A stretch of DNA of 64,000 nt, from contig OZ244044.1 in assembly GCA_965215275.1 (NCBI GenBank), positions 768,001 through 832,000 of the forward strand, given 5' to 3'. The translations under genes were made by a program, and so were the position numbers. Of this stretch, positions 19,910 to 31,356 are shown in pieces. Source of the DNA: Thermodesulfobacteriota bacterium (GTDB lineage: Bacteria > Desulfobacterota_D > UBA1144 > Nemesobacterales > JAJCZQ01). The notes below the pieces were generated by a model. That model saw nothing but the letters and a program-made list of their open reading frames with translations. It made no database searches and was not told the origin of the DNA. Position 1 is the stretch's first letter. Each line of letters opens with the position of its first letter.

Positions 19910-22571
19910 ATGTTTAAGATAATACCCCCCCCCATCTAAGTCATTACTAACTTTAGTCTTTATTCTTCTGTTTATACTGGTAATAGCTGCAAAAGGGCAG
20001 AGCAGCCTGGAAGAAACATTATCTGAATGCAGAGATATCAGTGCAGGAACGGAAGATCCGTTATACGGATGTCAGTGGCATCTGAAGAACACAGGACAGT
20101 TAATTTATTCAGGTAAGAGAATAACATCAGGAGAAGATATAAACATAGAGGGAGTGTGGAACGAAGACGTATACGGTGCCGGAATTAACGTAGCAGTAGT
20201 AAGTGACGGCATAGACCTTTCACACGAGGACCTTTCTGCTAACGTCCGTTCCGGACCGAACTATGATCTTTCTGAAAGAAACAATTCAGAAGAGAACAGT
20301 TCAGAAAAAGATAATTCAGAAAGAGATGATCTTTCAGACGGTTCATCCTTTACCGGAACACGAGCGGCAGGAGTAACAGCAGCAACTGGATATAACGGAC
20401 TGGGAGTAAGAGGAACAGCACCTGGTGCGAGTATATACAGTTACAGGTTATCCGGTGATCTCAGTGAAGCGGACGCGGTGGTCCGTAATAAGGAAATAAC
20501 GGCAGTATCGGTTAACGGCCGGGGATCTGAGGACGGAGCTTTTTTTCAGGAGGCTTTATCTTCCTGGGAAGAAGGAGTGGAACTTGGTATAAGTAAAGGG
20601 TTTTATGGTAAAGGAGTGTTTTACGTCCGGGGAGCAGGGGACGGGCATGAGAATAACGATCAGGCTAATTTTTCTGAATATTCTAATTACTACGGCGTAA
20701 CTGCCGTGTGTTCAACAGACGGCTTTGGAAAAAAGAGTATATTTTCAGAAGAGGGAGTAAATCTATGGGTATGTGCACCTGGTTCTGATATTGTAACTAC
20801 TGATAACAATAACGATTACGTTGTAACATCCGGAACTGTCCTATCAGCTTCACAGGCTGGAGGAGTGGCAGCACTGCTGAGAGAGGTGAATGGAAATCTG
20901 AGCTGGAGGGATATAAAGCTTATACTTGCGGGTTCAGCACGGCAGAACGACGTTTCTGACCTTATCTGGGAGACTGGAGCATTTAAATACGGCTCTGACG
21001 TGGAAAGATATAAATATAATCCTAAGTATGGTTTTGGAGTGGTAGACGCGGAAGCAGCGGCAGAGCTTGCAGAAAGCTGGAAAGGCGTTGGTGAGATGAG
21101 GACCGTTACAGCCTTTTCAGATAATGAGATAACAATTCCTTATGGAGAAGGGAATGGAGAAGGAGAGGCAGACGGGGTCGCTGTCTCAGGACTTATTATC
21201 CCTGACCTTGAAGAAACAACGTTTACGGAGTTCGTTGAAGTTGAACTTGTTCTCTCGTGTGACTGCTTACAGGACCTCAATATAAATATAACCTCTCCTT
21301 CCGGGACAGTATCTGAACTTGTGCGGGAGGTTGTAAGTGGACCTTCGGATGAAAAAGAAAAGAACTGCGTCAGTTACCTGAGAAGAACACATCGTTTCGG
21401 GTCGGCAAGACACCTCGGAGAAGACCCTTCCGGAGAATGGATCCTTCATATAACTGATACTGCTTATGGAGATGAAGAAAATGAAGAAAACACCGTTACC
21501 CTGCACTCATGGAGCGTTAAGGTGTATGGACATTTTTATCAGGGATCTGGCAGTGAGATCACTCCTAAAGCTTTAACCTTCGGCGGTGCGACGATCCCAA
21601 CCCAGAATTATTTTGTAGGAGAAGCAATAACACCAGTAATGCTGCCTGAGGCAACCGGGGCAAGCGACATAACATACAGTTTTAATCCTGCTTTAGCAAG
21701 AGGATTGGAATTTGATCAGGATACCCGAACTATAAGCGGAACACCAGCTATTACTCATGTGTCAGGTCGTTTGTATTCATATGTTGCAAGAGGTGGCGGA
21801 CGGATTGTAACTATACCTTTTACTATTAGAATTAGCCCTCGACGAGTGCCGACCTTCGGCAGTGAGACCATAGATAATAAAGTGTATATAAACGGCATTA
21901 CAGCAGTAAATGAAACACTGCCTGAAGCAACGGGAGGGAATGCTCCATTAACTTACAGTTTAAGCGGTACTTTACCTATTGGAGTAATTTTTACCGCAAA
22001 CACCAGAGAGTTAAGTGGAACACCCAATGTTGATAATAATCTAAGTATACTTCCTTTAACTTTGTCTTACACATATAAAGTAACAGACAATGATGGAGAT
22101 ACAGAAGAGATAACGTTCAGTATCACTACAGAAGAAGACAGCGACCCGGACTTCAGCGGTGTGACAATACCTGCTCAGGTGTACAGGGGGAGAACAATAA
22201 GTCTGCCTGAAGCAACGGGAGGGAATGCACCGTTAAGATACAGTATAGATCCTCGTTTACCGACGGGAATGAGATTGAACGAAGACACAGGGGTAATAAG
22301 CGGGACGCCCGCGAGTGCGTCGTCTGAGAGGACCTACACGTACACGGTAACGGACAGGAATGGAGGTACGGACGAGTTGACTTTCATGCTCAGTGTAGCG
22401 GCACCTCCACCGACATCAACGGGCAGTGGTTCAGGCGGAGGTGGAGGAGGATGTGCGATATCAGATCAGAGCAGCACTGCTTCTGATATTCTCGGAGTAA
22501 TGATATGTCTGATGCTCATACCTGTGTCAGTAGTGATTAGAAGGAAGAGAAGAGATCAGGTAAAGAATTAG
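19910..22571 (+). CDS. Furin/kexin-like S8 pseudo-protease with P-domain, Ig-like repeats and GlyGly-Cys C-terminal anchor; out of frame at a C9 tract
   Basis: ORF 20154-22571 extends in frame back to 19923 through a signal-peptide-like segment; the nearest ATG (19910) is out of frame across C9 at 19925-19933; catalytic residues substituted. Confidence 0.75.
19925..19933 (+). repeat. Poly-C (C9) tract at gene start; a second C9 lies at 19855-19863
   Basis: Direct reading. Confidence 0.85.
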
Positions 22572-22821
22572 CAATGAGATTATTTTCCAAAACACTGAAC
22601 GAATTAAAATCTCTCAGCCAGAATAAAGGAATAATAGTGGAAAGACTAAATATAGATCTATCGGCAAATGGGTACCTTGATGGTATTGATGCTTGTTTTT
22701 TTAATCTCGGACAATACAGTATATAATGCCCAAAGAAAAACATCTAGAAAGTAAATTAAATTACCTTATTCTTGTCTTTCTAATTGAAACAATAGTCACA
22801 ACTTATAACTTTAATCTCAGG

Positions 22822-24168
22822 TTAAACACATATGTCGGATAAAGTATCAACATGGGGCAACTGGTTATTGTCTGTGAAACTCTGAAGATGTATAACTTCT
22901 GTTTTTTGTTTTTGTAGTTTTATTTGTTTGACAATATTACTGACTACTCTTGTATTTACAGCATTGCCTAATGCTCCAAAGGCAAAAGATTCCATGTCGG
23001 GCAGGCTGATATCCTTAAATCCTTGTAATTCTTGAGCTTCCCTTAGGCTTAAATAACGCTTCTCCCAGGAAATAATCGGCGTTTGAGTTCTTGTTAAAAC
23101 TAAAGAAGGAATTGACGCACGACTTTTTACACGAATGCCAGACGACCTAAACTGTAGTAAGTATTTAAAAATATCTCTTTCTCCATCACCAGCGTTCCAT
23201 TCCAATTTCTGCCAACTATTAGGATAAATCCTTACTTCATTTATTATAGATTTAATATATGTTTTGTTCTTCTGCCAAAAATCTCTATTTTTTTGAATAT
23301 ATTTAATTTTCCATTTTGGAAATTCTTTTTGTTTATATGTAGCGTAAACAGGTAGTTTTTCCAACTGCACTTTTTTTGGAAGTCCTTTTAAACTTCGACC
23401 AAATGCTCCCTTGTAATTTGATAATTCTTCTTGAGTCATATAAAAAGGACATTTACCATCTATAGGATAGTTGGCTCCAAACTCCATTGACCATACTGGA
23501 AATTTAGGTAAGGGTTTGTTTTTAGGCAAACATGCTATAAACCTTTGCCAGAAACTTAGACATTTTAACTGCTGATTAGAAAGTTTTTTGGCGTTTGTAG
23601 GATTGTTTTTTAAAAAATTTTTTATGTCATCAATTTCTTTTTCTTCTTGTTTAAAATCAAACATAACACTTCTTTCTTTTTTATGTGTTCCTACAATAAA
23701 CACCCTATTCCTATTATTAGGTATACCGAAGTGATGTGGGGAGAGAATAAAATCTTTCACTATATAGTGACAATCTTCTAACAAGTTCTGGATGATTTCC
23801 CATGTCTTTCCATGGTCATGTGATTTAAGATTTGGAACATTCTCCAGAATGAAGTATTCGGGTTGGTGATATTTTAGAACTCTTATAATCTCATAAATCA
23901 TTTCACCCGACTTAACATCACTAAACCCCTTTTGGTTTCCAGCTTTAGAAAAAGGTTGGCATGGAAATCCTGCACACAGTATATTATGTTCTGGGATTTT
24001 GGTTTCATGTATTTGAGTAATATCTCCATGACATTGCATCCCAAAGTTTTTCTTGTATAAGGATCTGAGTTTAGTATCAATCTCTGAAGCAAAAACACAT
24101 TCTAGTCCTTCATCTTTTAAAGCAATATGAAAACCTCCTAACCCTGCAAAAAGATCTATAAATTTCAT
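22822..24168 (-). CDS. DNA (cytosine-5) methyltransferase
   Basis: DLFAGLGG, GFPCQ, ENV, RNRVF, GNAV. Confidence 0.95.
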   Translation of the reverse strand: MKFIDLFAGLGGFHIALKDEGLECVFASEIDTKLRSLYKKNFGMQCHGDITQIHETKIPEHNILCAGFPCQPFSKAGNQKGFSDVKSGEMIYEIIRVLKYHQPEYFILENVPNLKSHDHGKTWEIIQNLLEDCHYIVKDFILSPHHFGIPNNRNRVFIVGTHKKERSVMFDFKQEEKEIDDIKNFLKNNPTNAKKLSNQQLKCLSFWQRFIACLPKNKPLPKFPVWSMEFGANYPIDGKCPFYMTQEELSNYKGAFGRSLKGLPKKVQLEKLPVYATYKQKEFPKWKIKYIQKNRDFWQKNKTYIKSIINEVRIYPNSWQKLEWNAGDGERDIFKYLLQFRSSGIRVKSRASIPSLVLTRTQTPIISWEKRYLSLREAQELQGFKDISLPDMESFAFGALGNAVNTRVVSNIVKQIKLQKQKTEVIHLQSFTDNNQLPHVDTLSDICV

Positions 24169-24986
24169 ACTTGGATTCTATCTTCAAGTTTAAGTTTTTT
24201 TATATCTGAACGAATAGATTCGATTTCTTTATTATTAGAATTGGCTAAAAGCCTAATCAGTCTAACGCGGTCCAGAATAAATCCTTTCTCACTCGATTCA
24301 CCAAGAGTTTCCTGGCTATTGTCCACAAGTAAATCTGCTATAGCAAAAACCTTTATCGGTTGTGCTCCAAACTCAATAAGGTTTTTCCACATATCAATAT
24401 TAACAGGAAAACCCTTTTTCCATTTTTGACCTGATTTACATTCTACCAAGAGAATAATTTTGCCTCCTACTTGATCCAAGGGTTTCCATACAATTATATC
24501 AGATCTTATATTGTCAGAATGTCGAAAAGTTTTATTAGCATCATGTCGAGGTTTTTCATGAAGTTCTTCATTGCAAAACCTTTCAAAATCACACGACTTT
24601 TTGAGAATATCAATAAATTTATATTTGGTATTGTCCCCTAAATAACTCTTAATCGCCTCAGCGGTTATCTTTTCAAAATATTCTGATATATGATAACCAT
24701 CGTTTATTAGTATAGCAGAAATACAAAGCAAATATTCTTCCCTAGCTCTAAATTTTTTATCAAATTCTATCAATTCAGAATCTTCATCATAACAGAATAC
24801 GGCTTCCCCGTATAACCCAACTAAATCTTTACACCTGTTAAACTTATCATTTAGTTCATTCTCAACATTACAACCTTCAATATCATAATCTTCGTTGGTA
24901 TTTTCTTCAATTTCACTCCGTAATTTATGTTTAGACACTGAATTACGCAAAAGTAAATATTTTTCCACATCTATTAAGTCACTCAT
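24165..24986 (-). CDS. Putative PD-(D/E)XK nuclease
   Basis: SDIIVWKP...LVECKSG; overlaps both neighbours. Confidence 0.55.
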   Translation of the reverse strand: MSDLIDVEKYLLLRNSVSKHKLRSEIEENTNEDYDIEGCNVENELNDKFNRCKDLVGLYGEAVFCYDEDSELIEFDKKFRAREEYLLCISAILINDGYHISEYFEKITAEAIKSYLGDNTKYKFIDILKKSCDFERFCNEELHEKPRHDANKTFRHSDNIRSDIIVWKPLDQVGGKIILLVECKSGQKWKKGFPVNIDMWKNLIEFGAQPIKVFAIADLLVDNSQETLGESSEKGFILDRVRLIRLLANSNNKEIESIRSDIKKLKLEDRIQV

Positions 24987-26097
24987 TACTAAACTTCTTA
25001 TTGATATCCTCTGTAATATATAGAATTGACTCTATATTTTTCTTTAACTCTGTCCCGACATCGTGGAATAAAACGTTTTCTATTTTCATTCCAGATAACT
25101 TGCCGTTGATTTTTTCCAAATTATCTCGTGCTGATTTAGAATACTTTGCCAAGGCATGAAATTCGCCTCCAATCATATCGAATGAACTATTTATGTTTTC
25201 ACCTTGTTCTAGATCTGCTGTAGCTTCAGCATCTGCAAATATAAGGTTTAATTTGTTTGTTATATCTCTTGATTCTTTTATTAACGAGTTTCCATATTTT
25301 TTAGAATCAAACAAACATCGGAACAAGAATTTCAACTTCTCTTTTTTATCGGTTGGTATTGGGTCGTCCCAATCTTTTATATCTTTCCAAGCAGGCAATC
25401 CAATATAATCTTTTATTGGTCCTTGCCCAGTAGCCAATTGCAAAAATGAAAAATTACTTTTAGCATCTTTAGTGTCAAGACTCTCATCGTACTCTTCAAT
25501 TATCTCTATCAGACGATAGCAAGCATATGTCTTTTTTGATGAATTTTTCCTATCCCCGATTATTTTTTGAATATCTTCAAGGGTATAGCCTTTATCCCTT
25601 TTAAGTTGAACAATGTATCTAGCTCTCTCATAAACATCCCATTTCCTAACCCCAGCTAAGTGATGGACTCCCAAAAAACGCAAAACTTCATCTCTGCTTG
25701 GATAAAACAAAACCGGCAAATCAGTAAATTCACTTATAAGGTTAGGCGAGGCAGGTATGCCGGGAAATTCATTGTTCTTTAGTCCAATTATTGTAGCGAG
25801 CCTTCTGTTACCTTCCGCTACAATAAACTTATTTGTTTGATCTTCGTGATAGTTTTCATAGTCTTGTTTGGTTTTAATATCTCCTTTTTCGGGAATTACC
25901 ACTAAAGGTTCTGCTTCAAAATACCCATTTTCTACCATAGAAAACGCTAACTCTTCCAAGTCATAAGCCTTCTTCATATGATTTTGTATTTGTTTCTGCT
26001 CTCCTTTTGCAATACTCTCAGGCAGTCTTGGATTTTTACTATCCAAAATTAGTCTGTCTGAATTCACTCTAATAATTCTAGGTTTTATTTTTCCCAT
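24979..26097 (-). CDS. ParB/Srx N-terminal domain protein
   Basis: LDSKNPR and VAEGNRRLA motifs, followed by an HTH-like segment. Confidence 0.8.
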   Translation of the reverse strand: MGKIKPRIIRVNSDRLILDSKNPRLPESIAKGEQKQIQNHMKKAYDLEELAFSMVENGYFEAEPLVVIPEKGDIKTKQDYENYHEDQTNKFIVAEGNRRLATIIGLKNNEFPGIPASPNLISEFTDLPVLFYPSRDEVLRFLGVHHLAGVRKWDVYERARYIVQLKRDKGYTLEDIQKIIGDRKNSSKKTYACYRLIEIIEEYDESLDTKDAKSNFSFLQLATGQGPIKDYIGLPAWKDIKDWDDPIPTDKKEKLKFLFRCLFDSKKYGNSLIKESRDITNKLNLIFADAEATADLEQGENINSSFDMIGGEFHALAKYSKSARDNLEKINGKLSGMKIENVLFHDVGTELKKNIESILYITEDINKKFSNE

Positions 26098-26671
26098 GAT
26101 ATTTTTAGAAAATTATATAGATAATATGACAAAAGTATAAAGATCTTTCCATTTTCTTTATACGTTCTGAAAATATGTAAAAATTTTTGCGATTTTTTTA
26201 CATATTAACTCTTCATTGCTTTACTAAATATGATAATTTAAGTACTATATTCTTCTGTTTTTTTACTCCTTTCTATTTTACCATAAAAGTCTTGGAAACC
26301 CTGTGAATTCTTGTTTTATGATTATTTCATCTTCTTCATCTCTGGCTTTTAACACTCTTGTGTTGGCATAATTGATATAGTCCCACTCCTTGTATTATAA
26401 TTCCTAAACAGCCAAAGGAAATAATATATTTTAGCACCAAAGCACTAACTACACTGTTTTACGAGCAGGTATCCTCTGTCCCTGAAACCTTTTGAGTTAA
26501 AACATTCCCAGTTCGTATCGGGAGACTCTCGTTTTTCTCACAGGTTTTCTGTCAATAAGGGTGTATATTTTTTTCCATTGAAGACACAAACTGCAGATAC
26601 AATGTCATCATTTGACAGATATGCTGACGGAAAATTTCAGTCCGTTCAATGCCTTCGAAATATAGACTGCA

Positions 26672-29002
26672 TTAATACATCTTTATATGAGGCCTTATCT
26701 TCCTTCTGATCACTACTGATACAGGTATCAGCATCAGACATGCAATTACTCCAAGCAGATCAGAAACAACATCGTTCTGATCGGAGATCGTACATCCTCC
26801 TCCACCGCCGGCATCAGTATCTGGCGTCCGGTCTTCTATTGGACTATTTACCCTGATCGCAAAACTCAACGAAGCCATATCTCCATCTGCGTCTGTTACC
26901 GTATATGTGTAAGTAGTTCTTCTCATTGCACTGGTGAGTGTTCCACTTATCACTCGAGTGGTTTTATTAAAACTCAATTCAGCAGGTAAAGCAGGAGTTA
27001 AACTGTAAGTTAATGGAGCATTCCCTCCTGTTGCAGCAGGTAACGTTTCTGTTACTGCTGTACCCCACATATACTCCTTATCAGTTATCATCTCATTGCC
27101 AAAGGTCAGTGCTGTATGACCATGAACTTGAACGCTCCACGAGTGTAAAGTCCCTATACCATTTCCAGAACGAGTGTCAGATATCTTCAAAGTCCATTCT
27201 CCAGAAGGGTCTTCTTCGAGATGCTTAGCTGAACCAAAGCGATGAGTGTGGTTGGTGTATGCAAAATCCCCGCGTAAGATCTGAGAGACATATATAACCG
27301 ATCCCGCTACATATTCCTCGGTAAGTTGCGACACAGTACCCTCAGGGGACGTTATCTGTATCTCTAACTCCGGAAAGAAAGTGTGAGTGAACGTGAGAAC
27401 TATCTGTACAAATTCTGTAAAAAGATCAGTATCAGTTATGGTCAGGGTGCTTGTAATTCCAAGTGGGTCATTATCAGGAATTGCCTCCTCGACACTCTCA
27501 TAAGCAATCAGAGTTCTCATCTGTGGAACCCTGTTCCAACTTCTGGAAAGTTCTACTGCAGCCTCAGCATCCACTACGCCAAAACCGTACTTTGGATTGT
27601 AATTATAACTGTCTGTATCAGAACGGTATTTAAGTGCTCCCATCTCCCAGCCCGGATCGGTCGGGTCGGTCTTGCGGGCTGAAGCTGCCAGTATCAGTTT
27701 CAGGTCCCTCCAGCTAAGATCACCGTTTACCTCCCGCATCAGTGCTGCAACCCCCGAAACGATCGGAGCAGAAAGTGACGTTCCGTTAACTCCAATACGA
27801 TAACGGTCTTTATTAGTGGTCGTTGTAATAAGCGAACCTGGAGCACATACCCACAGATTTACTCCCTCTTCCGAAAAGGAACTTTTCCTGCCACTGCCAT
27901 CTACAGAACAGATGGAAGTTACAGCGTAGTGGTTAGAATACTCTTCAAAATTAGCCTGGTCGTATAAAGTATGTCCATTTCCAGCTGCCCAGCTGTAAAA
28001 AACTCCTTTGCCACCAAACCCTTCCCTGATACCTGTTTCCACTGCCATTTCCCAAGCACTGTCAGCAGGGTGAAGAACGGCAGTATCCGGTGCTCCCCAG
28101 CTGTTGTTGGATACTGCAGTTGTAGTTCGGTTACGGGTCATAGCATCCGCCCTGTTAGCCCTAGTAAAATTACCCCCTCCTATCAAGTTATAATTATAGA
28201 TACTTGCCTGAGGTGCCACTCCTCTTATACCAATCCCATTATCACCCACCGCTGCTAAAATGCCCGATACATTTGTACCATGAGCATCTAAAGGATTAAA
28301 TACATTTCTGTTTCCAGAGTAATCATGATTCAGGCTGGGATTTACATTGGCAGCCAGGTCCTCATGATCGGGGTCCATACCACTATCTACCACCGCCACG
28401 TTAATTCCATTCCCAAATACTGCATCATTCCAGACCCCCTCCACGTTTATATCTTCTCCAGCAGTTATTCTCTGCCCGTTGAACTCCAACTGCCCCGTAT
28501 TTTTCAGATGATACTGACAGCCATATAAGGGATCGTTAAAATTAGTGGCAATGTTCCCACAATCAGATAACAGATCATTATAATCAGTATCCGTTGCAAC
28601 TGTAATCTGGTAATCAACAGCTCCACTGCTTCCCACAACGATATAGTACGTTCCAGGTCTGAGACGAGCTGGAATTCCGAGGCGAGCTATAAGACTGTTA
28701 GTCCTATTTGCTATCAGATTATAGTTGCTGTCACAAAGCTGTAAACTGTAATCTAAATTATTATGGGTGAAGGTTGTCTCTATATTTACGTTAACGTCAG
28801 ATGCCGGGTCTATCTGAAAATATTCCAGTCCACCGGCACTTTCAAAACTTCCATCGTGTGCTGCTCCGTCCACTGTCAACGTGGCTTCAACCGTTTCACT
28901 GGAGTCGCAATTATTATCACTGGTCTGACCATATGCACCTATGGACACAAAACACATGAATGCAGATACAAAACACAGCAGATAAAATGATGGGAATTGC
29001 AT
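26672..29002 (-). CDS. Furin/kexin-like S8 serine protease with PPC-like N-domain, P-domain, Ig-like domain and GlyGly-Cys C-terminal anchor
   Basis: Signal peptide; VVDSG, HGTNVSG, AAGNG, GTSLSAP intact; GGGGGC-TM-RRK tail. Confidence 0.92.
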   Translation of the reverse strand: MQFPSFYLLCFVSAFMCFVSIGAYGQTSDNNCDSSETVEATLTVDGAAHDGSFESAGGLEYFQIDPASDVNVNIETTFTHNNLDYSLQLCDSNYNLIANRTNSLIARLGIPARLRPGTYYIVVGSSGAVDYQITVATDTDYNDLLSDCGNIATNFNDPLYGCQYHLKNTGQLEFNGQRITAGEDINVEGVWNDAVFGNGINVAVVDSGMDPDHEDLAANVNPSLNHDYSGNRNVFNPLDAHGTNVSGILAAVGDNGIGIRGVAPQASIYNYNLIGGGNFTRANRADAMTRNRTTTAVSNNSWGAPDTAVLHPADSAWEMAVETGIREGFGGKGVFYSWAAGNGHTLYDQANFEEYSNHYAVTSICSVDGSGRKSSFSEEGVNLWVCAPGSLITTTTNKDRYRIGVNGTSLSAPIVSGVAALMREVNGDLSWRDLKLILAASARKTDPTDPGWEMGALKYRSDTDSYNYNPKYGFGVVDAEAAVELSRSWNRVPQMRTLIAYESVEEAIPDNDPLGITSTLTITDTDLFTEFVQIVLTFTHTFFPELEIQITSPEGTVSQLTEEYVAGSVIYVSQILRGDFAYTNHTHRFGSAKHLEEDPSGEWTLKISDTRSGNGIGTLHSWSVQVHGHTALTFGNEMITDKEYMWGTAVTETLPAATGGNAPLTYSLTPALPAELSFNKTTRVISGTLTSAMRRTTYTYTVTDADGDMASLSFAIRVNSPIEDRTPDTDAGGGGGCTISDQNDVVSDLLGVIACLMLIPVSVVIRRKIRPHIKMY

Positions 29003-29849
29003 GTTTATAACTTCTGTTTGTAATTACCTGATCGCAACCTCACGCCATCAGTTGTAATTTGATAATACCATACTACTGTAAAAAAGAATTTTGGTCTTTT
29101 TAGTTGCTGAGGATATTTGCATCTTTAATGACTCTGATAAGGTAATTGCACTTGGTTTTAACAAACTGTTTATCCTCAATCTTCTCGACATCGAATGCAA
29201 TCTAAACTTACCTATTTTTATAAATAAACCTCTGATCTTTGACTATGAACATCTGAAAGTTATAAGAGCAACATTTACTTTAAAGTGCGGGCAGATGGGT
29301 TATAATACACAACGGATCTAATATATCATGGGATGTATAAAGGATATGAATTATTTCCTTTTATGTCTCGCAGGATATGATAATAAATATAAACTCAAAG
29401 GAATGTGTCCTGTGTTCGGGTTAGATGGTTATACTAATCATAAGAATGATGTTGATTTTATGATCAAAGATTTCAAAGGTATTACAGACGATACTGTTTA
29501 CTAGATCACAGAAGGAATATTTAGTAAAGTATATTTTAGTCCATTCCCAGGAAGAGATATTAACGTTTACATATGTAGTTTTTTAATTATTTCTTGTTTA
29601 CTAAAGTATATCATTCCGAAAAATCCAATAGAGGTTGATCATGCAGAAAAGCACTAACGTGAGAAATGGTAAAGATACCGCGCAGGATTATCATTTTCTT
29701 ATAACTAAAGCGTGGAAAAGAAGTAGAAAAAGAGATGCCAAAAAGTCCCTTGATGAGGGTGTCCTGGAATACAAACAAATGGTAAACGAACCACCTTGTG
29801 AGCGTGATGAGGACCGTGGATGTGTAAATATCAGTGAGCCAACCTGTCA

Positions 29850-30779
29850 ATGAGAATAATACTAACAGGTGGTGCAGGGTTTATAGGGTCCTGGGTTGCA
29901 GACCACTACTTAAAAAACGGCCACGAAGTACTAATCATAGATAACTTGTCCAGTGGCAAGAGAGAGAACGTTCCATCAGGTGCCGAACTTGTTGAAGCGG
30001 ACATCAGGGACGCAGATGCCATGGAGAGGATATTTAAACAGTTCAAGCCGGAAGTTGTCAACCACCACGCCGCACAGACGAACGTCAGGGTATCGGTTGA
30101 CGACCCTCAGTTTGACGCTGCAGTTAATGTGACCGGCACACTTAACGTTCTTGAAAATTCCAGAAAGGCCGGAGTTAAGAAGTTCATCTTTGCTTCAACG
30201 GGCGGAGCGATATACGGGGAGCCGGAGATATTACCCGCAGATGAATCGGTAAAGGAAGAACCCCTGTCTCCTTACGGAGTTTCAAAACTCTGTACCGAAT
30301 CCTACCTTGATTATTATAAGAAAGTACACGGGCTGAGCTATGTAGCACTCAGGTACGCAAACGTTTACGGACAGAGACAGAACCCGCACGGCGGAGCAGG
30401 TATAGTGGCAATTTTCTGTACTAACATGCTCAACGGGACCGACTGTAAGATCTTTGGCAACGGTGAGCAGACAAGGGACTATATACACTGTGAGGACGTA
30501 GCAATGGCAAATACCCTGTGCCTTACGGCACCCGATGGGGTGTATAACATCGGAACGTCAGTTGAAACCTCTATAAATTCAGTGTTTAACGGTCTGAAGG
30601 AGATATCTGGAAGTGATTGCAATGTTCAGTACTTACCGGGGAAACTGGGTGATGTTAAAAGGATCTCACTAAGCAGTTCACTGGCGAACCGGGAATTTCA
30701 ATGGGTGCCTCGTGTAACTTTCCATGAAGGTCTGAAAAAAACATGGGAATGGTTCAGTAAAAACAGCCACTCGGAATAA
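29850..30779 (+). CDS. NAD-dependent epimerase/dehydratase (UDP-glucose 4-epimerase-like)
   Basis: TGGAGFIG, YGVSK, LRYANVYG. Confidence 0.92.
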   Translation: MRIILTGGAGFIGSWVADHYLKNGHEVLIIDNLSSGKRENVPSGAELVEADIRDADAMERIFKQFKPEVVNHHAAQTNVRVSVDDPQFDAAVNVTGTLNVLENSRKAGVKKFIFASTGGAIYGEPEILPADESVKEEPLSPYGVSKLCTESYLDYYKKVHGLSYVALRYANVYGQRQNPHGGAGIVAIFCTNMLNGTDCKIFGNGEQTRDYIHCEDVAMANTLCLTAPDGVYNIGTSVETSINSVFNGLKEISGSDCNVQYLPGKLGDVKRISLSSSLANREFQWVPRVTFHEGLKKTWEWFSKNSHSE

Positions 30780-30845
30780 TACTGTCGTTCTTTGATTGAT
30801 AACTGCTTTATAAATCGTTATCATAGAAGGTCTCGGAGGTAAAAA

Positions 30846-31064
30846 ATGTCCAAGAAGAATGAAAAATTTTATGATGTAAGGGTTTCTGAAAGGTATATAA
30901 AAGAAGGTGTTATAAGTAAAAAACAGTATGAAGATCATATAAAAGGTCTTTCGGACGCTGAAGACAAAAGTGAAGTTCTTGTCATAGAGGAAGGAACGGA
31001 AGAGGAAGGAACGGAAGAGGAAAACGCAGAGGTAGACGAAGATGATGGCAAAGAAACAGAATAA
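30846..31064 (+). CDS. Small acidic hypothetical protein
   Basis: GGAGG RBS; 72 aa with acidic tail. Confidence 0.6.
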   Translation: MSKKNEKFYDVRVSERYIKEGVISKKQYEDHIKGLSDAEDKSEVLVIEEGTEEEGTEEENAEVDEDDGKETE

Positions 31065-31278
31065 CAATTCAAAATGGGAATATAAAGTTGTTACGAGTGA
31101 TTATCTGACAAAAGAAGCTCAAAGCCATGATATTGCAGTTTCACGCGAAGCTTCAACCGCAATAAAGGAAACGGTCAGGGGAAATTTGGAGTCATCCCTG
31201 AGTAATCTGGGAAAGAACGGCTGGGAATTTACAGCCGTTATGGGTGAATTTGTAATATTTAAAAGACCTAAAGACTGA
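31042..31278 (+). CDS. DUF4177-like small protein
   Basis: KWEYKVV...LGKNGWE...FKRP. Confidence 0.65.
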   Translation: MMAKKQNNNSKWEYKVVTSDYLTKEAQSHDIAVSREASTAIKETVRGNLESSLSNLGKNGWEFTAVMGEFVIFKRPKD

Positions 31279-31356
31279 TCTGATAGACACTCTCTGTTTC
31301 TCATATATTGTCTAAAAGGAATTATATACATAAATTGAGGAAGTTATATACGTAAT

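Noticed and set aside
26100..26670. Possible gene remnants in AT-rich spacers (also 29090-29840 and 40950-41200)
   Set aside because: Only short broken frames; no family could be recognised with confidence
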